Shown: positions 19,261 through 29,244, counted from the first letter of the stretch. The stretch is DNA of 64,000 nt from Candidatus Bruticola sp. (GCA_051874735.1 JBJEGD010000022.1:52216-116215), one strand, 5' to 3'. Program-made: numbers and translations. The notes: a model not told the origin generated them from the letters alone.

Positions 19261-21342
19261 ATGTCTAATATCTTAAAGAACGGATGGCCTATTCCGAGGT
19301 TTGATTTAGCGCTGGGCATTACCGATATTCAGTGGCTCATCGGTGAAATCAGTAATGCTAGAGATAGTGAAATTGAAAAGTTTGAAAACAAGTTTGCCGA
19401 GTTTCTAGGCGTAAAAAAAGCCATTTACATGAACTCTGCCCGCGGAGCTCTCTATTTGATATTGCAATGTCTCAATTTAGCTCCGCATTCTAAAGTAATT
19501 ATCCCTGCTTGGACACATCATTCTATACCTTCGGTTATTATTGCTGCCGGTCTCCAGCCTCATTTGGTCGATATTCGTGAAGGCAGCTGGGTTATGGGGC
19601 CAGAAACTATAAGCGATGAGGACTGGGAAGGCGTTTCTGCCGTTATTATAACTCACATGTACGGATGTCCGGCCCCCGTAGAAGAGCTCACAGCCATTGC
19701 CAGAAGTAAAAACATCGTAGTCATTGAAGATTGCGCCCAAGGTTTTGGGGCCTCCGTAAACGGGAAAAAAGTCGGCACTTTTGGTGATGCAGCTATATTT
19801 TCTTTCGCTCTTACTAAAAACTTCACCACTTTGGGTGGAGGAATGGCAGTTTTTCAAAATCCGCACTTGGCAGAAGTTGCCTCCTTGCGCATGGAAGATT
19901 CGTATATTACCCCCAGTTCTTCCATATATCCTAAAATCTTCAAAGCAGCTGCTATGTGGGCAGGCACCACAACGTTAGGCTTTACTTTAAGCGCTTATGT
20001 TTTCCTTAGTGTCGGTTGGTCGTTTTTAGGTAAAGATACGCTGCATAGCATGTTCGAAGACAGCATTAACACAAATGCTCCTGATATCAGTGCTAAGCCT
20101 TCGCCAGTTCAAGCGGCTCTAGGCAGACGTCTGCTAGAATGGGCTGACGAGCAAAACAAGCAACGCACCCAAAACGGTAAAAAATTAATAGAACTTTTCC
20201 AGCAGGCCAAACTGCCAGGATTAGTAATTCCCAAATATCCTTCCTACGGAGAGTCAGTCTTCACTTCGTTTGTTGTCGGCCACATAGAAAACGAAAAACT
20301 GGCTCGTCAACTTTCAAGTCACAGCGTTGATACTTCTCCGGGATATTTAAAACCAGTTCAGCAAATACCCATGTTTTCTGAGTCGGTGAGTTATACCAGT
20401 AAACTAACAACCAGCAACTTGTTAGCCCGCACTCAACTCCATTTGCCCATATATCCTCGCCTAAAAGACGAAGATCTGGAGCGCATCGTCAAAGGATGTC
20501 GCTATTCACTCGACACCATTCTTCACTATGGAGGGAATAAAGAGTTTAATCTACCTGTAGTGAAAGAAGAGAAACCGCATGACGTACTTTACCATGGCAG
20601 CGATCCGCTTGCTGCCGATTACTCCCCTAAACGCATAAAACCTGAAAAAACTTCGCATTATTTGGGAGCTGACGAATCGTTGTCGACCAGACGCTCTTCG
20701 GCAGAATCTCAAGCGGTGGAACCGGATGCGAGTTCCAATTTACAATCTGACCGTCCATCCACATCTACTTTTTCTGCACATTCTTCTCCAGTTCAGCAAT
20801 CATTTGCGCCCCCATCTAACAATTTAGCCGCTTCTACAGTAACTTCTTTAACAGACAAACAGTCGGCGGCCGTCCCGCCTAAGCATCCAGCGGCTCCGCC
20901 ACTGCCTCCTTCAGCGCTGGGGAAGTCAGCTGCTATCCCGCCCAGTCGCCCAGCAGCTACGCCACTGCCCCCATCAGCGGCCGGAAAGTCCGCTACTGTC
21001 CCGCCCAGCCGTCCGACAGCTCCGCCGCTACCTCCATCAGCAACTGGACGGTCAACTCCACCCCAGCTCAATCGCCCAACAGCTCCTCCTTTGCCTCCTT
21101 CAGCATCCGGACGCCTTGCCACGTTACCTAATTCTGGTGCAGGACGCCCAGTTACACCAACATCATCTGGCACGGATCGTCTTTCAGCTGCTCCTACTCA
21201 CTCTCGCCCGGTGGCCTCTTCAGTAGCTAAAAACATTTTGGCTCTGCGCAAGAGTCCAACCTTCAGCGGTTCGGCCGGTGCTGAGACAGCCAATAAAGCC
21301 CATACCTCGGCTTCAGATGGCAGTGACAATAGAGCAAAGTAA
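19261..21342 (+). CDS. DegT/DnrJ/EryC1/StrS-family PLP-dependent sugar aminotransferase fused to C-terminal Pro-rich tandem-repeat tail
   Basis: Residues 1-~420 align to the DegT family (ITHMYGCPAPVEEL...IEDCAQGFGAS...FSFALTKN). Residues ~470-620 are repeats of the form RPxAPPLPPSAxGKSA. Confidence 0.8.
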   Translation: MSNILKNGWPIPRFDLALGITDIQWLIGEISNARDSEIEKFENKFAEFLGVKKAIYMNSARGALYLILQCLNLAPHSKVIIPAWTHHSIPSVIIAAGLQPHLVDIREGSWVMGPETISDEDWEGVSAVIITHMYGCPAPVEELTAIARSKNIVVIEDCAQGFGASVNGKKVGTFGDAAIFSFALTKNFTTLGGGMAVFQNPHLAEVASLRMEDSYITPSSSIYPKIFKAAAMWAGTTTLGFTLSAYVFLSVGWSFLGKDTLHSMFEDSINTNAPDISAKPSPVQAALGRRLLEWADEQNKQRTQNGKKLIELFQQAKLPGLVIPKYPSYGESVFTSFVVGHIENEKLARQLSSHSVDTSPGYLKPVQQIPMFSESVSYTSKLTTSNLLARTQLHLPIYPRLKDEDLERIVKGCRYSLDTILHYGGNKEFNLPVVKEEKPHDVLYHGSDPLAADYSPKRIKPEKTSHYLGADESLSTRRSSAESQAVEPDASSNLQSDRPSTSTFSAHSSPVQQSFAPPSNNLAASTVTSLTDKQSAAVPPKHPAAPPLPPSALGKSAAIPPSRPAATPLPPSAAGKSATVPPSRPTAPPLPPSATGRSTPPQLNRPTAPPLPPSASGRLATLPNSGAGRPVTPTSSGTDRLSAAPTHSRPVASSVAKNILALRKSPTFSGSAGAETANKAHTSASDGSDNRAK
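20872..21135 (+). repeat. ~63-bp imperfect tandem repeat (about 4 copies) encoding PPSRPxAPPLPPSAxGKSAxx
   Basis: Repeated ccgcc(c)agtcgcccagcagctac/gccgctgcc(t)cc(a)tcagc units, directly visible in the DNA. Confidence 0.7.
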
Positions 21343-21449
21343 GGCAAAAGCTAGCAGAAGCTGTTCGTCGTAACGGCGTTTTTAGGTCTGCTTCAGCTTT
21401 AGCCTAAATTTACTTATAAAGGTTAATTTACAATTAGGCAAAAAACGAT

Positions 21450-22484
21450 ATGAAATTTATAACTATGGCCAAAGCAGGAGCGGCCGTTCTGAAAGGACGA
21501 CTCAGCGGTTCGCCTCGCCCTATTTTCGCTACTATAGCAACCAACAACACTTGCCAGTCTCGCTGTCATTACTGCAAAATTCCGGCCAGGAAACAACCGG
21601 AGTTGACTACAGAACAAATAAAAACCTTAATTAAACAAATGGCGGAATTCGGTATCCAGCGTTTAGGTATCTGGGGAGGCGAACCTCTGCTGCGCAGCGA
21701 TATTGAAGAGCTGGTAGCTCACGCCAAGCATTTCGGTTTATATACAACTTTAGACACAAACGGATATCTTGTTCCTCAGAAAAAGTCTCTGCTAAAAGAA
21801 CTGGATCATATAATAATCTCGTTAGACGGTCCAGAAGAGGCTCACGATGCTAACCGAGAACCTGGATCGTTTCTTAAAGCTATGGCCGCAGTAGAAACTG
21901 CCGCGGCTAGTCAAGTCGCTCTTTGGACAATTACCGTACTTACATCTAATAATATTCACCAAGTAGACTGGATACTAGATCAGGCTGATAAATACAAATT
22001 TACTCCTACATTCCAAGTTCTGCATCACAGCGAATATTTTGGTTTGAACAATCCCCTGCGCCCTTCCGACCAAGAATATAAGCAATGCCTTCTCTATTTG
22101 AAAGAAGCTAAATTAAAAGGACGCAGGATTGGCAACTCTATTCAATGCTTAGATCATTTACTGAATTGGTCCTCTTTCAGCCAAAATACTTCTATAGAAG
22201 GAGGGCTAGGCTGGAGTCATTGCTGGGCCGGGCGTTTTTATTTAAACATAGACGCCGACGGACGGCTCTATCCTTGTTCCCTTCTTATAGGCGACAAATT
22301 GGGGCCGAGTGCTCTAGAACTAGGCTTTGCAGAAGCAGCGGCCCAGGTTAGCCGTTATCCCCTACCTTGCCAAAGTTGTTCAGCAACTTGCTTTACAGAA
22401 TACAATCTGCTCTTCTCTCTTAATCATCATACTATCATGCAGTGGGTCATGGCTATGGGCAGCAAACTGCATAAAAGCAAATAG
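21450..22484 (+). CDS. Radical SAM protein with C-terminal SPASM/twitch-like Cys cluster
   Basis: CQSRCHYC (Cx3Cx2C) near N-terminus, GGEPLL glycine motif, C-terminal CQSCSATC. Confidence 0.75.
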   Translation: MKFITMAKAGAAVLKGRLSGSPRPIFATIATNNTCQSRCHYCKIPARKQPELTTEQIKTLIKQMAEFGIQRLGIWGGEPLLRSDIEELVAHAKHFGLYTTLDTNGYLVPQKKSLLKELDHIIISLDGPEEAHDANREPGSFLKAMAAVETAAASQVALWTITVLTSNNIHQVDWILDQADKYKFTPTFQVLHHSEYFGLNNPLRPSDQEYKQCLLYLKEAKLKGRRIGNSIQCLDHLLNWSSFSQNTSIEGGLGWSHCWAGRFYLNIDADGRLYPCSLLIGDKLGPSALELGFAEAAAQVSRYPLPCQSCSATCFTEYNLLFSLNHHTIMQWVMAMGSKLHKSK

Positions 22485-22546
22485 TTACCTATATATATCT
22501 TGATCAATTATGCTCATTACGGCGATCTTTAATTGTAGGAAATTTT

Positions 22547-24007
22547 ATGAAGGTACTTTTAATTAACCCACCGCGCGATAACAGCATTTCTTCAGAAGTC
22601 CCCACCACAGTCAACGCCGAAACTAATACTATTCCCCCATTAGGATTGATGTATTTAGAGGCTCATTTACACAAGTACTCTAATAATTCAGAAGTGCGCA
22701 TCGTAGATTGTCTGGCTGATCACCTACACATAGATCAGCTGCGCAGAATTGTAGCTGATTATCAGCCCCAAATTGTAGGTGTCACCGGACACACACACGA
22801 TTTAATTGATATGATGCAAACTTCCCAAATGGCTAAAGAAGAACTAGGAAGTAAAGTCAAAATATTTTGGGGAGGGCCACACGTTTCCGACTTTCCTACT
22901 CAATCTATGAAATACAGCTGTGTAGACGGGTGTATTCCTTTTGAAGGTGAAGAGGCTTTTACAGAGGTTGTAACTGCTCATGCTGCGGCTTGGAATGACC
23001 AATCGGGCTACGACAATAAAACTTTGGCTGATTATCTGCAAAAAATAGAAGGCATATATTTTAAAAATGAACAGCAGCAGGTCGTACAGACGCCGACTCG
23101 TCGTCCCATCAGCGATTTAGATCTTCTCCCCTTTCCCCGACGTGAAATTTTAGACTATCGCAAATACAGTTATGTACTTGGCAGTGAAGCAGTGGCAACT
23201 TCTCTACTAACTAGCCGGGGATGTCCCTACAAATGTTCCTTTTGCAACACTCCAGGACGTACAACTTGGAGATGGCGCAGTGCTGGATCGGTAGTTGATG
23301 AGTTAGAAAAATGCGCGGAATTGGGAGTAAGTGAGGTGTACATCGTCGATGACACTTTCAATGTGCGCCAAGATCGAGTATTGGCCATATGCAATGAAAT
23401 TCAGAAACGCTCTATAAAAGTAAACTGGAATATCAGAGCCAGAGCCAACTGCATTACACCTGAAACAGTTAAAGCTATGCGCCGTGCAGGGTGTACCAGA
23501 GTCCATATCGGAGTAGAATCAGGTACCGATGAAGGGATGAAAGCACTTAATAAAAATTTGACAACTGCTAAAGTCCGCCAAGCTTTTAAAATGCTCACAG
23601 ACGAAGGTTTGGCTACTGTCTGCTACTTTATGATAGGCTGCCCTCACGACAGTTCTCTAGATGAAATAAACAAAACTATCAATTTTGCTATCGATCTAGA
23701 TCCAGACTATGCCCTATTTGGCATTTTAACTCCTTATCCCAACACATTAGTTTACAATCAAGGCATAGAAAAAGGCATACTCGATCCTAATCATTGGGAG
23801 CAATTCCTGGCTAATCCTTATCCAGATTTTAAGCCACAGGTTTGGACAGAATTTTTTAGCGCAGCCGAGCTAAGTACTTTATGTGATCAAGCCTTTAAAC
23901 GCTTCTATCTGCGTCCTAAACAGATGTTCCGCAAGCTTCTAGAGCTGAAGAATTTCCACGACATGGCCCGCAAATTAAAAGCAGGCTGGGAGATTTTGAA
24001 ATTATGA
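22547..24007 (+). CDS. B12-binding-domain radical SAM protein
   Basis: N-terminal Rossmann-like B12-binding-type domain, then CPYKCSFC (Cx3Cx2C). Confidence 0.75.
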   Translation: MKVLLINPPRDNSISSEVPTTVNAETNTIPPLGLMYLEAHLHKYSNNSEVRIVDCLADHLHIDQLRRIVADYQPQIVGVTGHTHDLIDMMQTSQMAKEELGSKVKIFWGGPHVSDFPTQSMKYSCVDGCIPFEGEEAFTEVVTAHAAAWNDQSGYDNKTLADYLQKIEGIYFKNEQQQVVQTPTRRPISDLDLLPFPRREILDYRKYSYVLGSEAVATSLLTSRGCPYKCSFCNTPGRTTWRWRSAGSVVDELEKCAELGVSEVYIVDDTFNVRQDRVLAICNEIQKRSIKVNWNIRARANCITPETVKAMRRAGCTRVHIGVESGTDEGMKALNKNLTTAKVRQAFKMLTDEGLATVCYFMIGCPHDSSLDEINKTINFAIDLDPDYALFGILTPYPNTLVYNQGIEKGILDPNHWEQFLANPYPDFKPQVWTEFFSAAELSTLCDQAFKRFYLRPKQMFRKLLELKNFHDMARKLKAGWEILKL

Positions 24008-25182
24008 GAAACCCTTGGCCAGTCCTTAAAGCTATTTTAGGTGGGGATACCCCTATTTACGTACACTTTGGCTTAACTCACCGATGCAACTTAACTTGCG
24101 CCATGTGCGGTTTATGGCAAAAGGGCGATAAAAATGAAGAGCTAAGTTTAGAGCAGATAAAGGCTGCTGCTAACAATTTTCGCAAACTAGGCACTGTAGC
24201 CATATCTTTAGGAGGCGGAGAGCCTTTTTTGCGACCGGATCTACCCAAAATTGTGGCAGCTTTCATACGCAACGGTATTGAAACGCGAGTTCTTACCAAT
24301 GCCTTGGCCGGTTCAACTGATATGCACGAAGCTGTAGCTGCTGCCGGTCTGCGCCATATTTCCATCTCCCTAGATACTCCTAACCCTGCAATACAGAGTG
24401 AGATTTGCCACAAGCCAGAAATTTGGGAAAAAATTATTGACAGAATTCGCTTTTGGTCTTCATACATCCAGAAACGTTCTGGAACAGGCTTAATCAACTG
24501 TGTAGTTTCAGCGCGAAACATAAACGATATTCCTAAAATGGCAGCTATTGCCCAAGCTTATAACTTTTATCTGTCTCTGGTGCCTTTAGAAAGACACAGC
24601 TATCAAGGTGAAATACTCAGCTGTTCTCCTGATTCAGAAGAAATGCGCTTTGCCAGCCAAGATGAAGAAAAACTAAACAGCCTCTGGGAATATTTATATA
24701 AACTAAAGAAGCAGCCTAATTCTCCTATTTTCAACTCCATGCCTTATATAAAGGCCATGATTCAATTTTTAAAATACGGCTGCCGAAACGACTCTTCAGA
24801 GACCTCTAATTTGCTTAGCCATAATTTTTGGGGAACTGGACTTGACTGTCAGACGGGTAGCTTAAGCTTTTCAGTCAGTCCCAGCGGCCGCTATTCTATG
24901 TGCCACTTTCAAGATGAGGCTCCGGAAGAGCATCCCAAAGTTTATGAAGATAGTTTTATAAACTGGTACAAGCATAAGCGCGATCTGTCCAAAATAAAAA
25001 AGTTGCGCCGCAGCTGCCTGGCTTGTTTTCGTCCCTGCTGGTGGGAGATAGCCTTAACTATGCATAAATATCCAGCCTTTATGAATGCTCTTCAATTGAC
25101 CTTTCGCCGCATTCCTAGTCAGAAACGTCCATCGCCTTCAGAATTAGTAGAAACTATAAAAAAGGTTCCCCCACTATGTTAG
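24004..25182 (+). CDS. Radical SAM / SPASM-domain protein
   Basis: CNLTCAMC Cx3Cx2C, GGGEPFL. C-terminal CLACFRPCWW auxiliary cluster motif. 4-nt overlap with the upstream gene. Confidence 0.75.
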   Translation: MRNPWPVLKAILGGDTPIYVHFGLTHRCNLTCAMCGLWQKGDKNEELSLEQIKAAANNFRKLGTVAISLGGGEPFLRPDLPKIVAAFIRNGIETRVLTNALAGSTDMHEAVAAAGLRHISISLDTPNPAIQSEICHKPEIWEKIIDRIRFWSSYIQKRSGTGLINCVVSARNINDIPKMAAIAQAYNFYLSLVPLERHSYQGEILSCSPDSEEMRFASQDEEKLNSLWEYLYKLKKQPNSPIFNSMPYIKAMIQFLKYGCRNDSSETSNLLSHNFWGTGLDCQTGSLSFSVSPSGRYSMCHFQDEAPEEHPKVYEDSFINWYKHKRDLSKIKKLRRSCLACFRPCWWEIALTMHKYPAFMNALQLTFRRIPSQKRPSPSELVETIKKVPPLC

Positions 25183-26882
25183 ATACATCCGTTCAAAATA
25201 TGCAAAATAACTGCAGAGAACAAATAGATTCCGCTCCTGGAGCTTCACCTGGTTCAGCTGAAGCGGTCTTTAATCCAGCCGTCGGTTCCCCGGAGCAGAA
25301 TCTTCATGCCCCTTGGGCGCCCAAATCCGGCTGGTATGGTGAGGCTAAAGATTTCAGTGTCGTCTTAATAGCTATGTACAGCGTAGAGAATGCCGGTCTA
25401 CGCTACTTATCGGCAGCTCTTCGTCGCGCAGGCTTCAAAGTAAATCTAATTTTTTTGCGGGATTGGGTCAACAACAAATTAGAAATGCCTTCCGCTGAAG
25501 AACTTGAACTCGTATTTGATATTATTGCTGAAAAAAAAGCTAATTTTGTAGGTATAGGTTTTATTTCTAGCCTACTTTCTATGGCAGAAAAACTTACCGT
25601 ACGCTTAAGAGAACGTTTTCCCCATCTGCCTATCTGCTGGGGGGGAATTCATGTTACGGCAGTGCCTGAAGGGGCTCTCGATTACGCCGACTATCTCTGT
25701 CTTGGAGAGGGAGAAGCTCCCTTAATTGATCTGTGTGAAGCGCTGTATAATAACCAGTTTACTGGAAATATTTTCAATATTTGGGCAAAGCTTAACGGAA
25801 AAATTTTCAAAAATGAAATGCGTCCGCTCATAGCTAATTTAGACGAGCTTCCTTATCCAGACGTAGACGACTTTAACAAATTTTATATCGAAGATAAAAC
25901 TATACACAACGAAGAACCTTGGAAAAGAACGGCCGAGTATCGAATATATTGTTCTAGAGGCTGCCCTTACAATTGCTCTTACTGTTATGTATCTATCCTA
26001 CGCGAAAAATTTGCTGCGGACAAACAGAAGTTTTACCGTCTTCGTTCAGTTGAGCATATACTTGGTGAACTGGAATATATAAAAGCTCATTTTCCACGCT
26101 TGGCTAGAGTAAAAATAGATGATGATACTGCTTTTGCGGCCCCAGCTGCATGGGTAGATGAGTTCTGTACAAAATATCCACAACGCATTAATTTGCCCTT
26201 TGAATGCATGCTTATACCGCCCATGCTGAAACGTCCTTTCTTAGAAAAACTTCAAAAAGCCGGATTAGTTCGCTTGCAAACTGGCATTGAAAGCGGCTCG
26301 CCTCAAGAAAGTTTATCTGTGCACAATAGAGTGCCAGGCAATAATAATATTTTAGCTTTTTCTAAATTTAATAGAGAATTACGTATAAATGCAGTTTACG
26401 ACCTGATTATCGACAATCCATGGGCTTCAGAATCGATGAAATTAGAAACTGCTCAATTTTTATTAGAACTGGAGCGCCCTTACGACATTTACTTTTATTC
26501 GCTAAATTATTTCCCAGGTACAGCCATTACCAAACGTCTTTTAGCAGAAGGACGCATTGATGCAACTCAAGTAGAAGGTCTTAACAACAAAGCTTGGAAA
26601 CAGTTCCGGGTTTCTATGGACTGGCCGCGCAGTCCCGAAGATCGCTTTTACTTGTCGATCTATTGTTTAGCCTCTAAAACGTTTATACCCAAAGCCTTTA
26701 TCCGCTTTCTGCTCAAACATCGCCAATATTTTAAACACCACTGGCAGGTTCCCTTTATTTTAGCTTGGGCTGCAAATTTCTTAAAAATGGGAGCAGTTGC
26801 CTGGCGTTATCTGATCAACGGCGAATTGACCTGGTTCAAAATCAGACAATACGGCGATTTACGCAAACTAATCAGCCAATAA
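25176..26882 (+). CDS. B12-binding-domain radical SAM protein
   Basis: CPYNCSYC Cx3Cx2C after an N-terminal B12-binding-like domain. Overlaps the upstream gene by 7 nt. Confidence 0.75.
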   Translation: MLDTSVQNMQNNCREQIDSAPGASPGSAEAVFNPAVGSPEQNLHAPWAPKSGWYGEAKDFSVVLIAMYSVENAGLRYLSAALRRAGFKVNLIFLRDWVNNKLEMPSAEELELVFDIIAEKKANFVGIGFISSLLSMAEKLTVRLRERFPHLPICWGGIHVTAVPEGALDYADYLCLGEGEAPLIDLCEALYNNQFTGNIFNIWAKLNGKIFKNEMRPLIANLDELPYPDVDDFNKFYIEDKTIHNEEPWKRTAEYRIYCSRGCPYNCSYCYVSILREKFAADKQKFYRLRSVEHILGELEYIKAHFPRLARVKIDDDTAFAAPAAWVDEFCTKYPQRINLPFECMLIPPMLKRPFLEKLQKAGLVRLQTGIESGSPQESLSVHNRVPGNNNILAFSKFNRELRINAVYDLIIDNPWASESMKLETAQFLLELERPYDIYFYSLNYFPGTAITKRLLAEGRIDATQVEGLNNKAWKQFRVSMDWPRSPEDRFYLSIYCLASKTFIPKAFIRFLLKHRQYFKHHWQVPFILAWAANFLKMGAVAWRYLINGELTWFKIRQYGDLRKLISQ

Positions 26883-27703
26883 AAGTGCTTGCCGACTCAC
26901 TCAATGCTTATAGTACAGAATATGCTTAAACAGTCTAGCTACTGACGGCAAAAAATGTCGAAACGATTTCAACTACAAGTGTTATGCTGAGACAAGCATC
27001 AAGGAACAAAATATCTTATTACTTTTAGCTGGTAGCTGAAACGAATTAAATATTTATGTGATAAAAAAATAAGCTGCTTAAGATAGTTAATAAAATTTGC
27101 ACAAACAAGCCTAAACATACGTTTTTATATAGTTTATTAGTGCAGACTAGGCTAAAATTGACTAAAATAAGCCTTATTTTATTAAATTTTTCTGAACATT
27201 TCGTCAACGTAAGTCCTTGACTACTTTGTATGGCCGTTTTACAATCTCAATGCGAATTGGAATTGAAGCTACGATTTTCTTTGGTGTTAGTTATTTTTTT
27301 AGTGAGTTTGATTATGTTTTGCTTGTAAATCCGGTTTTATGAACTTAATTTATAATATTTTTGTCTCTAATGCTTTTATAAAGTGAGTTCACTTGCATGA
27401 TTATAAGCTCATACCCTGCAATTAACGGATATTTTGGAACCTACAAGTTTTTTATCTGCTTATTCTGAGGTAACAGTACTCAAACAGGAGCAAATTACAG
27501 CACCCATAGGAAAAAGGGCTGGAAATGTATCTAAGTACGCATAGAATTTAGTGCTCTGATGCAAACCATAGGGTTCATACTTAGCCGCGAATTTTTGTTG
27601 GCTTGCATGGCTCCTAAGTTTTCTAAGTTATTCAAACTGTAGGAAATATGTCTTACGAAGCTCGCGTTCCTGTTGACTATATTCCTTATTGGAGGGAATT
27701 TGA

Positions 27704-28009
27704 GTGTTTACTGATCGTACTTTAACCTGCTGCGACTGTGGCAACGATTTTGTTTTTACTGCCGGAGAGCAGGAGTTTTATGCCTCCAAAGGTTTTGCCA
27801 GCGATCCCCGCCGCTGTCCGGAGTGTCGTCGTATCCATAAACGAAACCGAGAAAATGGCGCATTAGGCCGTTCTAATGGTACGCGTGAAATGTTTGAAGT
27901 CATTTGTGCAGAATGCGGCCAAACTGCTAAAGTACCTTTCCGACCTCGCAATGATAAACCTATTTACTGCAGCGATTGTTTCAAAAAACACGGCGGCGCC
28001 CATCGCTAA
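27704..28009 (+). CDS. Small duplicated zinc-ribbon protein (zf-trcl-like)
   Basis: Two repeats of a CxxC...CxxC ribbon: LTCCDCGNDFVFTAGEQEFYASKGF...RCPECR and ICAECGQTAKVPF...YCSDCF. GTG start with GGAGGG RBS 7 nt upstream. Confidence 0.6.
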   Translation: MFTDRTLTCCDCGNDFVFTAGEQEFYASKGFASDPRRCPECRRIHKRNRENGALGRSNGTREMFEVICAECGQTAKVPFRPRNDKPIYCSDCFKKHGGAHR

Positions 28010-28055
28010 TTTCGGTAGTGAGCGCAACTTTAAAAGAGTAAAAATTTGTTTGAAA

Positions 28056-28096
28056 GCCGTTCCCCCCTTATTAGGGGGAACGGCCTTATTTTTTTG
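28056..28096 (+). terminator. Rho-independent terminator
   Basis: gccgttcccccc / ggggggaacggc, 11-12 bp perfect stem, 6-nt loop, followed by a T8 run. Confidence 0.65.
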
Positions 28097-28244
28097 CGAA
28101 AGGGAAAGACCCTAAGACGCTTTGCAGTCAGTTAATTGACGCGAAGCTAGACTTTAATTGCTTACATTTTGCGGAGCGTTCTCCAAAAATATTTAATTGA
28201 AGTCAGCTCCATTTCATGAACTTAACCAGGAAAGATAGAATAAT

Positions 28245-29201
28245 ATGTTGACATCTGAAGATGAACTTATTAAACAAGCAGCTCAAGAATTAAACAGAGG
28301 AGGTATGGTTGCTTTCCCCACAGAAACTGTATACGGATTGGGTGCAGATGCAGCTAACCCGGAAGCGATACGAAAAGTCTATGCTCTCAAGGGGAGACCA
28401 GCCGATCATCCTTCCATAGTCCACCTAGACGAGCTTGATAAATTACAGCTGTGGGCCAGAGAGATACCGAACGCGGCTCGTAAGTTGGCTGAACATTTTT
28501 GGCCTGGACCTATGACCTTAATACTGCCCAAACGACCCGAAGTTCTAACTCAAGTAACTGGCGGTCAAGACAGCGTAGGTCTGCGCATACCAGCTCATCC
28601 TCTGACTCGCAAATTAATCTCAGTCTTCGGACGCGGCTTAATCGGTCCTTCAGCCAACCGCTTCGGCCATATAAGCCCCACCAGTGCAGACCATGTGCGC
28701 GAAGAATTCGGCAGCCAGCTTCGTTTTATTCTAGATGGTGGTCCATGTTCCGTAGGTGTAGAATCAACTATCATTGATTTCTCTAAAGAGCAGCCAGTTA
28801 TAGTGCGTCCAGGTATGCTAAGTGCCTCGGTAATTAGCGATATAGCTGGTATTCCCATTAGCTGCGGTCAAGGCAGCAAAGCTCCTGGAACTTTAAAAAA
28901 GCATTACGCTCCTCATTCTCCAGCGAAATTAGTCACGGCAGAACAACTTATGCAGTTGGCTTCCCAACCGCAAGGATCTACCGTAATTTTAAGCAGGAAT
29001 GAATATATTTATCCTGTCAACAACTTAGTACGCAGCCTTCGTTTACCAAACAATCCGGAAGAATGTGCCCAAGCTCTTTACAATTTGCTGCGTTATGCGG
29101 ATAGTCTTCGTCCGCAAACTATTCTCATTGAGCAGCCCCCACAAAATAACGAACGCTGGTTTGCCCTCTTGGATAGACTGCAGCGGGCCTGTGCCAATTA
29201 A
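28245..29201 (+). CDS. tsaC: L-threonylcarbamoyladenylate synthase (Sua5/YrdC family with Sua5 C-terminal domain)
   Basis: GGMVAFPTETVYGLGADAANPEAIRKVYALKGRPADHP YrdC signature. Length 318 aa implies the Sua5-type C-terminal domain. Confidence 0.85.
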   Translation: MLTSEDELIKQAAQELNRGGMVAFPTETVYGLGADAANPEAIRKVYALKGRPADHPSIVHLDELDKLQLWAREIPNAARKLAEHFWPGPMTLILPKRPEVLTQVTGGQDSVGLRIPAHPLTRKLISVFGRGLIGPSANRFGHISPTSADHVREEFGSQLRFILDGGPCSVGVESTIIDFSKEQPVIVRPGMLSASVISDIAGIPISCGQGSKAPGTLKKHYAPHSPAKLVTAEQLMQLASQPQGSTVILSRNEYIYPVNNLVRSLRLPNNPEECAQALYNLLRYADSLRPQTILIEQPPQNNERWFALLDRLQRACAN

Positions 29202-29244
29202 TTATGCAAGAGGTTAAAGGCTTATAACTGTCGTAAATTCAGCC

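Noticed and set aside
20793-21173. 126-aa Gly-rich antisense ORF overlapping the Pro-rich repeat region
   Set aside because: Reverse complement of Pro codons (CCN to NGG) automatically yields an open Gly-rich frame. It lies fully inside a confidently called DegT-fusion CDS.
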